Position numbers and translations under genes: made by a program
Notes under the pieces: generated by a model
The model's database searches: none
The model's input: only the letters and a program-made list of their open reading frames with translations
What the model was told of the DNA's origin: nothing
In this document: piece by piece, positions 13,740-25,381 of the stretch
Layout of the letters: each line of letters opens with the position of its first letter
Numbering within the stretch: position 1 is the stretch's first letter
From: Octopus bimaculoides
Lineage: Eukaryota
DNA length: 54,807 nucleotides
Direction: 5' to 3'
Assembly (NCBI RefSeq): GCF_001194135.2
Contig: NC_068984.1
Location: forward strand, 61,266,035 to 61,320,841

Positions 13740-14130
13740 TGTGTGTATGTGAGAATGTGTGTGTGTGTGTGTGTGAATGTGTGTGGATAGGGGCTAGTGA
13801 CTTTGACGTGTCTGAATGTGTGCGTGTGTAAGTCTGTAACGTGTGGGTGTGTAGATGATGGTGTGTGGATAATGGTGTATAGTGTGAGTGCTGGGAAGTG
13901 GTCAGTGCTAGTGTTTGTGGAGTGGTGTGTGGCGGTCAGATAAGGTGGTGTGGAGTGTGGTGTGGGGGTGTGAGAGTGTATGTAGGGGTATGTGGTGGTG
14001 ATGTGACTGTGGGGTGGAGGTGTAGAGATAGGGTTGAGATGTGAGGGTGTAGGGTGTGGTATCAATGAAGAGAGAATGTGGGTGATGAGAGGAAGTACGT
14101 GTCACATGAAGAGAGGAGAGAGAGTTGAGC
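13740..14130. repeat. GT/GTG-rich low-complexity tract
   Basis: Directly visible; explains the H/T/P-rich ORFs. Confidence 0.8.
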
Positions 14131-16699
14131 CCCTATGGCTGAAAGGAGCGAAGAGAGAAAATTATTTACCTTAACCTGCTATGTATTACATGATACTTAA
14201 TAGCTTATAATTTTGTGTAGAAAAGGCTTATTACCTTTAGATATGAGCCTGGAATGTATAGAATATTTTCTAAGAACATATTAGGCTCGTTTGTCATTGA
14301 CTTCTACTTACTACATATTTCCAGCTATAGCTTCATCAACAGCCTACATGCAGCGCGAAACTTCTGGACACAGGCGCTAGCAAGCCAGCTAAGCTAGATT
14401 GAGGTTATCAACGAATTTTGAACCGCCAAGGAAAATTTTTAAAGCCTTTCACCCTACACATGTAAAAACTGTATAACCGGCAGACTATGGAGTAAAATCC
14501 TGTCTGTTAGTGGTCAGGTATCAAAGTGCAGAAAGGACGATATTCAGCAACACTTGAGCCATATGTATAACTCAGTGCACAACAGGACACGTAGACCATC
14601 GGGATACTTCTGTTACATACTTGGTAAACCTTGTCGTACTAGTCCTCTTTGTCACAGATCCAGGAACGCTGAGCCAAGATTTTGAGACTTCATCTGCAGC
14701 ACAACATCTCCCTCCCATAATCCAACAACAGATCAGCTTAAGACTTGCACTCCTTCAAAATACAATCTGACGGCGGACGCTTTGTTTGTGCTGTCACTAT
14801 CACGGTATGACGCGCATCTACAACGATACAATATAACCTCTGTAATTTATCCCCCCACCAAAAGTAATATATTTTGCAACCGAGAGCAGTAACTGTTCTC
14901 AACTCATGTATGTAGAGACATCCTTTGTTATTAATAGCACTTTAAGAAGCGCTCTCGGTGTCTCAGAAGAAGGGCGTGGTCTTCTAGCCCCCCCCCCCCA
15001 GCAAAAAACGAACAACAAAACAAAACCAAAAATGACATCAACAAAGCAGCACTTTTTTTCAATATCAATTATATTGTTGTATAGGTGTTCAGATATTTTC
15101 TCTCTTAGAAACTTCAGTGAGGAGATATTTTTAAATTTGTTGTTTTCACAATAATACATGAACGATTTGCCATATTACATGAACTGGTATACTCATATCA
15201 TAGTATATCTAACACTTTTCGTGGTGTATAGTTTTATCATCTATTTCTATTGTGTATTTTATAATACTAACACATAGATTATTCACTCTATGAAAGCGCC
15301 ATCACTGTCAAACATGAATGTATATTTACTAATAGTACATCTGAACAGCTAGAACCGATATGATACTAAATTTTCAATTACAGTTTATAGTGTTTCATTA
15401 CATGTTTATGGCAAGAAACTTCGTTTTTTTTTTTGACGTGATTAAGATACTTTAATTTGGTTTCGATTCCTATAGTTCTTGACAAGATTTCATCTTCATC
15501 CACTTCTATTTTATTCCCTCTTCTCCCATATTGGCTACATTGAAGGTGGTCCAACCAAAAACAAAAAAGAAAAAGAAAAAAGCTTGGAATTTTGTAACCA
15601 CGAAATTAGTTCTAATTTACAAATTTAAATCATTGATCATCTATACTTTTCACTGCAAACTAGATCTTTGTCTTATATCTATTGGTTTCGAGCAGAATAC
15701 GGTTTATATTCTGTTCAGGAATTGAAACTATTTGTATGGGTCTCCATTATCCTTAACTAAATGTGTTCATAGTCCTAGAAAGAGTCATTTTCCTTAGTTG
15801 TACAAGACGCCTATCTCACTATACTCCGGGTAAATGTAATAACTTAGTATTTGTAAATTTCAGATTGTCTAATTCCTTTATCGGTTCTTTTTTCTAACAG
15901 GATATTTGTGACATCTATTATTTCTTTCTTCCATTTCGAGATTGCCTTCGTTCGTTTTTCTCATCCACTGAACGCTTGTATTGTATGTAACAGTATTTAT
16001 AATAACCATATGCAAGATACAACTTAAAAGAGGGTTGATTATCATCCCAACCCATTTGTTTCCCGATTCAATTTTGTTTATCACCAGGCAGAATAGGAGT
16101 GAAAAAGGGAGCTCTCTTGCAATATTCCTCTTGTAATAGGGATGCATTTCGTTTTATGATTCCCTCCTTTGATTCGGCAGAACTGTTTTCCTTTTATTCA
16201 TGTCATGTTTGAAGTAAGCGAGATTGATTTCTCTTTTGTTTGTTATTTGGTTATTGAGACATTTGTTTTGCTTTATAGCGGAATTGCTTGCTTTGTTCAA
16301 ATAATCCCTGTCGCATTTTCTGATGACTATTTCTCTGTGATACAATCACCGCCCAATAGAATGACATAACCAAAACAACAGAAAATATACAGAACTGCCG
16401 CTAACAATATAAAACAATCCACACAAAACATATTGTAGATCACAGAAATCAGAGGTAGGACAATTTATAATGTTATGAGCGAATTGCAAGTATCTGTGGT
16501 GCTGGGGCCGCCTCTATTCTGATAAAAAGAGGGTATCTTTTATTTTCTAAAGTCTTATGGATGCCGCTTATATTAAATTACAATATTGGTTTTAAGTCCT
16601 AAATTTTAAACCATTATTTCGTATGAGTACTTAAAAATTTAATCCGCAGGGGGTTCCCTAAGATAGTGCGGGCAAGCGGTTACTTGTTGAAGCAAATCG

Positions 16700-17040
16700 G
16701 CATCCAATAAAGAACATGTAACTCTCTTACATAATTGTTACCCGATATTATAGACAATACCACAGGTCGCCAACTTACTCAAACGATATTCTGCAAAATT
16801 GCCTCGGCGTATATTCAATCGATGTCCAACGTTACGAAAAACAACTTACAGGGAAAAAATACACCAATCTTCTTCACACACATTCTTCGTAAAAAACAAA
16901 AACAAATAAAGCGCTATCATAAAAACACAGCAGTCATTAAATGATATAATTTCTCTCTTGTTCAAACAGATATTTCCACAGATGCCTATTGTGGACTTTA
17001 GGCGGAATAAGAATATAAGAGAATTATAGACCTCTATTTC
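16700..17040 (+). mobile_element. Highly decayed Penelope-like fragment
   Basis: Only FPQMPIVDFRRNKNIREL is recognisable; it resembles the PLE P.VAFRR.KNL.D.L linker motif. Confidence 0.35.
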
Positions 17041-17084
17041 TGACTCCAAGAAATCGAACATTGGAGTACCTGCACGCACATTGG

Positions 17085-17268
17085 AGCATCTCGACTTTGG
17101 AAATGCCAGAGGATTATGCTAGTCTCCGACTCTACCAATCTCTGCGGTTTGTGCTCATACCACGTCTTGCCTCTCTCTCTAGCCCCACTTTTCGCACAGT
17201 TTCCAGTGTAGCACTTTCGCTACCTGGTCGTGTCGCCACAACTTGTAGTGGCTTTGGGCAAGTCTAGG
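17085..17268 (-). mobile_element. R4/Dong-type LINE fragment starting at a (TAA)n array
   Basis: Minus strand reads LAQSHYKLWRHDQVAKVLHWKLCEKWGLERGKTWYEHKPQRLVESETSIILW. Confidence 0.8.
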
Positions 17269-17269
<1 letters not shown>

Positions 17270-17318
<49 letters not shown>

Positions 17319-17350
17319 TTTTATTTTTATTTTTTATTTTTTTATTATAT
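17270..17350. repeat. (TTA)n array
   Basis: Directly visible. Confidence 0.95.
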
Positions 17351-17352
17351 AA

Positions 17353-17570
17353 GGCGGCAAGCTGGCAGAATCGTTAGCTTACTGGGCGAAATTGTTATCG
17401 GCATTTTGTCCGTCTTCAAGTTCTGAGTTCAAATTTCGCTGAGCTCGACTTTACTTTTTATCCTTTCGGGGTCGATAAATTGAGTCCCAGTGAAACACTG
17501 GGGTCGATGTAATCCACTATCCCCCTTCCCCCAAAATTTTAGGCCTAGTGACTTTAATAGAAAGGATTAT
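17353..17570 (+). mobile_element. SINE family A, full length
   Basis: GGCGGCAAGCTGGCAGAATCGTTAGC...GAGTTCAAATTTCG...GGGGTCGATAAA...tail GGATTATT. Confidence 0.9.
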
Positions 17571-17679
17571 TGTTATGATCATCTTTGTTTTTAAGGAGGC
17601 GAACTCTTTAGACACATACCATCAGGAATATACCTTGCAGTGTTTGTGCAAAGCCGTTAATTTTGGTTTCACATCTTAT

Positions 17680-17797
17680 CATGGTCGACTTTGCTTGTTT
17701 ATTCTTTCGAGGTCCACAAAATAAAGTACCTTTTAAGTACTGAAGTTGATGCAATCGTCAGACCTCCCATCTAAACTTGCTTTTGTGCCAAAGTTTC
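17680..17797 (+). mobile_element. SINE family A, degenerate 3' part
   Basis: GGTCGACTTTGC...TTGTGCCAAAGTTT aligns with the family A body. Confidence 0.6.
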
Positions 17798-20700
17798 AGC
17801 CGATGTAGCGCCAGACTAAATGCCCTGTGCTGAGTATTTACGCAGATTTTCCTTCCATTTAAAATCCGACCGAACTCCATGTTTCATTTGAAGTTGCCAG
17901 AAACGATAAAATTGATATGAAACAGTTACTGAATTCGAACAGATAGACTATATCCTCTCCAAAATTGTTTGGCATTGTACCACAGTTTGATATGATTCTT
18001 ATTATTAATATTCTCATCGCAATATATATTTGTAATTATAATAAGATTTTCATTACCATTATAACACATTTCCAACCAAATCATTTGAACACTTTCGTGT
18101 CTTGCGTATTTTATGCATAATGACTTTGAAACTGTGACAGACTTTGTGAAAGATTTCTGCGAAACGAATTTATCACAATTCGTACTTCAATTGCATGCCA
18201 AGCTATTAAATAGTTTTCCTTAGTATTGTTTCCCAAGTGCATATGAAGAGGAAGAAAAGTTCTTCTGATTTTCTTTAAATATCTGTCTTCCTTCGATTAT
18301 TTCTAAGAATTTTCCCAGTCATATTCCAAGACTTAACCAGGATTTTGACAAGAGGGTTATCAATTATTAAATCTGTCCTGCATTAAACATCTAAATTACA
18401 AAAATGAAAAATTGAATAAACGTTACATAATATTTCCATAGAGCTGCTTGAGAGAATTTCGTCCGGACCTCTTAAAATTAACTTTACAGTGGTTTCCAAT
18501 TAATTAAAAAGAAAATAGTTGTTGTTTATGACAGTGATTCTTATTGTTTAGGTATCTATAATTTAATATCTAGCATATAACTGGGTTTTCAATACAAACT
18601 TAATTTACACTTTTCTTTTATCATTGTTTATTATCTATATCAATACCAATGTTTTATTTTTTACCACTTTTTTGGAGACATTTTCCTGAAAAATCATCAC
18701 TACTATGTTGTTTGAACAGCGGCTAAAGAGCCTGCCTAAAAACGATAAATCTCATCTCAACTTGATAAGACGTTGAAGGGGCCAACAGGCTGTCGCTCAG
18801 TCTGTTAAAAATCCCAGCCAAATTTTCGTAAATCACACAGTTCTGTATTAAAACATAATTCATTGACTAGGCCATAATTCATGGCCTAGAGTTACGATGC
18901 ATGTTATTAGAAAACTGTATGCTCATGGCTGAAATGCTTGATGCGAGCTAACCTTTGACTAAATAAGATTAACTATTGTACATATATTACTATGCCGTTT
19001 CCACCTAATTAATTGCATTAATTTGTTAGTAAAGTGTAACATGCTGTGGACAGTGAGAGGTGGATATAAGCCCACTATTTGCAAATTATATATATTTTGT
19101 CTCTTTTGTACTTTTTCATCTATTTTGATAAGAATTGATTAATTTTCAGCAAATTTATGCTTATAATTTGTATGTGTCTACATACTGTCTTCGAAATTAT
19201 TACTACTCGTATTAATGTAACATTGTTATTTTCTATTAGATTGTGATTTTCGTTATTCTTTTTTTGCTTGCATTCTTATTGGTGTGTTATGCCAAGTACT
19301 GAAATTTCGTTTATTACACGTTGCCAAAAGCAGTGTTTTGCAATTACAAATATTTGATCAAAGTAACTTATTGCATGCTACATGTTAACATGATCTTCGG
19401 TATAGCTAAAAACCGTTAGTCACCAACTGTTCAATATAAAGAAATATTGCTAATTGAGATGAAAAAAAACGATGAAAACTAAGCGCAAAGTAACATATAA
19501 TCCATATATTTGGAATTACTTTTTACGACTTCAGGCAGTTTATTAAAGCCGACTCTTTTATATTAGTTCTCTTTAGGTATAACCAGTGTTGGAGAAATAT
19601 ATAAATAGTAAAATTACTGTAGCGATGACGTAGATAAATAATTTTTTGTTTGACACGAGGATTATGTGGTACCTTTAAGGAAATATGCTGAAGTTGTTAC
19701 TAAAATTTCCAAATTGTTACCTGCTTGATCGATTAATTGTAATAACATTTCGAAAAACAGCATTGCTTTGAATCAAAATATGGTTTTATTAGAATAGCTG
19801 CATTTTATTACTATCTTAGTTTTCTCTTCCTTCTATTTTTTTTTTTACTGAATTCGGATATGCAAATCGAAAATCAAACTGTTGAGTTCAAATTATTAGC
19901 AATTTGCTTTATTCTATTTCATTAAATATTACCAAATAAACTGGTTTCTGATTATGTTTACACTTGCTTTTGCTTTTCGGACTCCTACAAATACACACCC
20001 TGATAATCAAGTCACGAATTAAAAAAAAAGGAAAAAATTAGTTTCCTTTCAATGTTTACTGTGTCAGTCATTGAAAAATAACGTGTTCTGCTTAGAATAC
20101 TCATTGAACAAAATCTAATAACAATTTTCACTGGAGATGATTGCTGCTGAAAAATCAAACGGATGATACTAAGTTTCAAAAGTTAAATTCGGAATAGTCG
20201 TGGGTAGGGAAACCCAATGAACATGATGTGATTCATTATCCGATGATTAAAATTCTGAGTTTAACATAGTCCTGTATGATAATCTTAAATTACGAATACT
20301 TATTCCGAAATCACTTGTCATTGTTAAATGAAGGAAAATAAAAATAGTCTTTTCATATGATTTAACGATTTATTCCAATTCCAACATGACAAAATTTGAA
20401 ATTGTTTCATCAATATTTTAAGTAACAATGATTAGGTTTCTTCGATATAGTTCCAATGCTCATGCTATCAAAGAGAAAAAAATCATATTAGATTATACGC
20501 TCATTTGTATAAAATAATATATTTATAAGATGTCTTGGCATTTATTGTTTGAACAGTAACGGTTACGTAAGCAGCCTGAGATATATACATATATGTCGTC
20601 CTGTCTTATTGAAAATGTCAAACATTACAAGAAATTTGACTTCGCAAATTTAGCATGCGAATCACCTACACGCATACACTCAGAGAACACACACTTAAAC

Positions 20701-21524
20701 TGATGATGATGATGGTGGTGATGATGGTGATGATGGTGGTGATGATGGTGATGATGGTGGTGATGATGGTGATGATGGTGATGATGGTGGAGATGATGGT
20801 GATGATGGTGGTGATGATGGTGGTGATGATGNNNNNNNNNNNNNNNNNNNNNNNNNNNNNNNNNNNNNNNNNNNNNNNNNNNNNNNNNNNNNNNNNNNNN
20901 NNNNNNNNNNNNNNNNNNNNNNNNNNNNNNNNNNNNNNNNNNNNNNNNNNNNNNNNNNNNNNNNNNNNNNNNNNNNNNNNNNNNNNNNNNNNNNNNNNNN
21001 NNNNNNNNNNNNNNNNNNNNNNNNNNNNNNNNNNNNNNNNNNNNNNNNNNNNNNNNNNNNNNNNNNNNNNNNNNNNNNNNNNNNNNNNNNNNNNNNNNNN
21101 NNNNNNNNNNNNNNNNNNNNNNNNNNNNNNNNNNNNNNNNNNNNNNNNNNNNNNNNNNNNNNNNNNNNNNNNNNNNNNNNNNNNNNNNNNNNNNNNNNNN
21201 NNNNNNNNNNNNNNNNNNNNNNNNNNNNNNNNNNNNNNNNNNNNNNNNNNNNNNNNNNNNNNNNNNNNNNNNNNNNNNNNNNNNNNNNNNNNNNNNNNNN
21301 NNNNNNNNNNNNNNNNNNNNNNNNNNNNNNNNNNNNNNNNNNNNNNNNNNNNNNNNNNNNNNNNNNNNNNNNNNNNNNNNNNNNNNNNNNNNNNNNNNNN
21401 NNNNNNNNNNNNNNNNNNNNNNNNNNNNNNNNNNNNNNNNNNNNNNNNNNNNNNNNNNNNNNNNNNNNNNNNNNNNNNNNNNNNNNNNNNNNNNNNNNNN
21501 NNNNNNNNNNNNNNNNNNNNACGA

Positions 21525-21620
<96 letters not shown>

Positions 21621-21660
21621 CGATGCTATTGATAATAATGATGAAATCAATAATAATGAA
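20701..21660. repeat. (GAT/GGT)n, then (GAC)n(GAT)n, around a 689-N gap
   Basis: Directly visible; the long ORFs here are artefacts. Confidence 0.95.
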
Positions 21661-21674
21661 ATCAATAATAATAA

Positions 21675-21873
21675 TTTTTGATGTGAGCACAAGGCCAGCA
21701 AATATAAGGAGAGAGGACAATGGATACCATCGACTTAAACACTTGACTGGTACTTTATTTTATCTACTCCAAAGGGATAAAATGTAAAGTTTACTTCGTT
21801 AGGATTTGAACACAGAACACAACGAACCGGGGAAGAAATATCGCAAGGTCTTTTCTGCGATGCACGAACGATC
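21675..21873 (-). mobile_element. Degenerate SINE family A-related copy
   Basis: GCACAAGGCCAGCA...CATCGAC...ACTGGTACTTTATTTTATC...GGATTTGAAC. Confidence 0.65.
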
Positions 21874-21933
21874 ATGGGAAGAAAGTGTTACTCATATAGT
21901 TAGCAAATGTAGAATGCTGGTATAGAAGGAATA

Positions 21934-22217
21934 AAGTAATCTCTCGACTATCGCAGGTGTTACGCTCCACCCCACCCGATAGGTGAAAGTCCACCAAGTA
22001 GAAACGGTACTGTATACTTTTTATTATTTTTATAATATCTATATATTTATTTTTTATGATAAATGCAAAACAACACCATGGGGCAATCAACGTAAACTTA
22101 AATAATAAACCGCGATAGGTGAACGGTGATAGGTGAACCGCGATGGGTGAACCGCGATGGGTGAACCGCGATGGGTGAACCGCGATGGGTGAACCGCAGT
22201 ATGGGGAGGAATTAGCG
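21934..22217. mobile_element. pogo/Tigger-like (Tc1/mariner) MITE with an internal 14-bp tandem expansion
   Basis: TA|AAGTAATCTCTCGACTATCGC...GAACCGCAGTATGGGGAGGAATTAGCG|TA resembles CAGT..CCCTCG TIRs with a TA TSD. GAACCGCGATGGGT occurs about 6 times at 22108-22197. Confidence 0.55.
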
Positions 22218-22599
22218 TATTAGAAAAGACACGACAACTTAGGGAGAATAATACTCTGGAATTTATATAGAAAGTTAGGATTTTAACTTACCGATAAGGG
22301 GGTATGGACATGAACCTAGTAAAATTTTGAAAGTAAGAAGTATAAGATATGCGATTTTAACATTTAGACTGATCGATTAAGAGTAGCTGAAGGGCCTGTT
22401 TTAGTATTAGTAAACAGAGAGAATTGAAAATGCCAGGTAAATGACCTTACCATCCGAAATAATGGGACAAACAATATGAGTCGCATTAAACTTGTTACGT
22501 CTAAACAGCGTATAATTTTCTTCAGATACAAATTGAAAATTACAAAATCTTAATACCTCAATGAGAAGATGAATTTTCTCGTTTCACTCTTTTCTTTCT

Positions 22600-22830
22600 G
22601 ATACTATACCCTGTAAGAAGTATATTAAACATGATAAAACATACAAATGCTACAGATAGGGCTAGCAACAATCTTTTGTATATGGATGACATCGAGTGAT
22701 AAACTGCAGGTGACAAACAATTGGGAACATTGTTGGAAACACAGCCCGAATTTATCACAGCCATTCTAGAAAATTGTGCAAAGGCAACATTAAAGACAAG
22801 AAAATTAATTAACGACATTGATAGTTGCAT
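22600..22830 (+). mobile_element. Decayed R4-type RT fragment (YMDD region)
   Basis: AACAATCTTTTGTATATGGATGACATC = NNLLYMDDI, followed by ENCAKAT (cf. KCAK.T). Confidence 0.55.
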
Positions 22831-23279
22831 TGGGTTTACATTAAAAGAATGCTAAATGCTAAAATTATGTAGTAGGTACAAAATGTCCTGCCTTTCCATT
22901 GCTTTAGACATTGTATTCTCAACTGCAGACTAAATTAACAAGACGAGAAAGGAAAACACTCAAAAAAATAATAACTGCATTTGGAATTGGGTATAACAGC
23001 CTACGTATTTAGGAAGAAAGAGAGTACTTGTTACCTAAAAACTATTATGAAATATCTAATGTAGAAGTACGAAAATATCTACCGAAGAATAATGGAAATT
23101 CAATTCAAATAGCTACAAAACACGAACAAGAAAACCTGTTTTCTGTCTTCAAGAAAGCCGTCAAATAAGCAGGAGCTGAAATGACAGACCGTTGTGCAGA
23201 GAAACAAGACAAAAAATGTAAAAAGTAAAACGTAGGCTAAAATGGTGTAAGAGAATGAAAGTAAAAGTGAAGGAAAGAA

Positions 23280-23640
23280 AAACCATTAAGTAACTGCAGA
23301 CCATGTGGCGGTTGAGACGAAATAAAATGTTTTTCTAAGAGTTCAGCCTTAACCATGAACAGAATATACCAAGAGACATGCCATAAAGCTTTAACACACG
23401 GAAAGGTATTCCTGCATTGTGAATAGCAAAGAAAAAAGTGGCGATTTAAACATACAATAGAAAAGCCCACAGACAATGACAAAGCGAATGTGGATGATTG
23501 AATATAAAGAAAAAGTATATACCCGAAAATTATAGGACTTAGAAATTACGTACAACCAAGAACAAATATATTTACTAGATGCTGAACTGATAATAGAATA
23601 GTTTGAATACAACAGCACTAAACAAGGGAATAAAACAAAA
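23280..23640 (+). mobile_element. Very decayed R4-type zinc-finger/RLE fragment
   Basis: CRPCGG..E.., Y.E..H and WMIEY remnants; many stops. Confidence 0.35.
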
Positions 23641-23924
23641 CACTACACAAGCGCAAAGGCTACTGAAAAATATTAGTCTCTTAACAATACCAGTAACAAC
23701 TGTAATGATAATAAAGATTGCTAATTTTAACACAAGACTAGCTATTTAGGCAAGAAGTGCAAGCAGATTGCATTAACGTCCGTACAGTACTTAATTGGTA
23801 TATCAGTTTCTCTACTCCAGAAGTGTGACACGACTAACCTCAGTGGGATTGAAACTCTGAAAGTAAAATGACGAAATAGACATCTAAGTTAATTTCTTCG
23901 ATGCTCAAACAACTTTGACTATCC

Positions 23925-23957
<33 letters not shown>

Positions 23958-24048
23958 AAGAAGAAGAATGAAAAAAAAAAAGAAGAAGAAGAAGAAGAAG
24001 AAGAAGAAGAAGAAGAAGAAGAAGAAGAAGAAGAAGAAGAAGAAGAAG
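23925..24048. repeat. (TAA)n then (GAA)n
   Basis: Directly visible. Confidence 0.95.
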
Positions 24049-24254
24049 CTGAATAACAAAAGGAGCTCGGCGATGAGTGAGAAGGAGCTCCGCGCTGAAT
24101 AACAACATGGATGTGCTATAGCGGGCTTTCCATTCAAACACAAATCTGATCTTATAACATCGGTGGAATGGGAGGAAGGAACCTGTGGAAGACTTGAAGG
24201 AAGCGGCCTTTTAATGAAAATATCACCTGTAGGACTACACATACATTCCAATGT

Positions 24255-25350
24255 TTACACAACTAAGTGAAATTCTTAAAGGACAACAGCATGTTCAAAA
24301 ATAACCCAAACAAATTTTACAGGAAGATAAGGAAAATATCAGTTGCAGTAAAGTATGTCCCATCAAATGAAGAAGTGCAGGAATTTTGGAATAAAATTTG
24401 GGCAGAATAAAAAACACACAATGAAAAGGCCCCTTAGATTCATAGAATATCTACTGACTTAGAAATCCTTAGAAGAGCAAAAATGGGGAGATATCAAGGA
24501 GGAAGATGTAAGATCTGCTCTCAGGAAGTCAAATAAACGGAAGTCTCCAGGAAAGGATAACATTCTTAACTTTCGGTTGAATGTCTTTACAGAGAGTCAT
24601 GAAGTGCTAACAAAACATTACAACAATGTTTTGTAACAACCTAGTATGATTCCCTCTTGGCTAGTTAATGAAGTTGCATTCCCATTTCCAAAAAATAAAG
24701 AAACAAATGAATAAAAAAATTATAGACCCATAACTTACTTCACAACAATGTATAAAATACTAACATGTCTCAACTGAATATACTTATAGATTTTTTTTTA
24801 ATAGAAAGTGGAATATTCCCTAATGAGCAAAAATGATGTAAACGTGGGACCTATGGTTGTAAAGATCAGCTAATCATCAAAAAGATGATCTAGGAAGATT
24901 GTCGCAAACGACACAGAAACTTGTCGATAGCTTGGGCAGACCATAAAAAAAACTCTTGATAGTCTACCACATAACTGCATTAACAAATGTTTGGAAATGT
25001 ATAAAATAGTACCTACACTGCTAAACTTCTTGTCTGTACGTATCAGATCATGGAGAACCACCCCGACTTTGAACAGTGACAATGAATCTCACAAATCTGG
25101 AGATGTAAGAATTTCATGTGGCATTTTCCGCGGTGATTCTCTATCACTACTCCTCTGTTGTCTAGCCTTAATACCTCTCTCGAAATTGCTCGATGGAGTG
25201 CAATATTGCTATAAAATGTTTGATAAAAATATAAATCATCTCTTTTACATGACCAACAACTACAGGGCTTACTAGCAATAGTTAAACAACTCAGTGATGA
25301 CATCGAGATGCAATTTGACCTCGATGAATGTGCAAAAGTTACCTTTATCA
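24255..25350 (+). mobile_element. R4/Dong-type LINE reverse-transcriptase region, decayed
   Basis: EEVQEFWNKIW, KSPGKD, NYRPIT, RGTYGCKDQLII, ISCGIFRGDSLSLLL.CLALIPLS, INHLFYM, DDIEMQF.LD.CAKV. Confidence 0.85.
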
Positions 25351-25353
25351 ACA

Positions 25354-25381
25354 CAGGAGTGGCTGTGTGGTAAGTAGCTTG
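25354..25381 (+). mobile_element. SINE family B head, 5' part, interrupted by an insertion
   Basis: CAGGAGTGGCTGTGTGGTAAGTAGCTTG. It continues at 27809-27863 (AAGTAGCTTGCTTACTAACCACATGGTTCCGG), and the rejoined sequence aligns to the intact copy at 9588. Confidence 0.85.

Noticed and set aside
14340-14830. Relatively GC-rich stretch
   Set aside because: No ORF, repeats or motifs that I could assign.
15878-16345. AYFKHDM resembling the ACFQHDM phospholipase motif of Polinton/adintovirus proteins
   Set aside because: A single short motif with no other viral or Polinton genes nearby.
18290-18400. Candidate minus-strand exon (acceptor ..TTTAATGCAG, peptide TDLIIDNPLVKIL)
   Set aside because: No recognisable homology and no partner exons; such splice-like sites are expected by chance.
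20625-21787. Long ORFs of 300-360 aa
   Set aside because: They read through a trinucleotide repeat and an N-gap; the same applies to 25479-26601 (except the ORF1 part) and 39895-40410.
22108-22197. CRISPR-like repeat array
   Set aside because: The units are contiguous with no spacers, and the context is eukaryotic.
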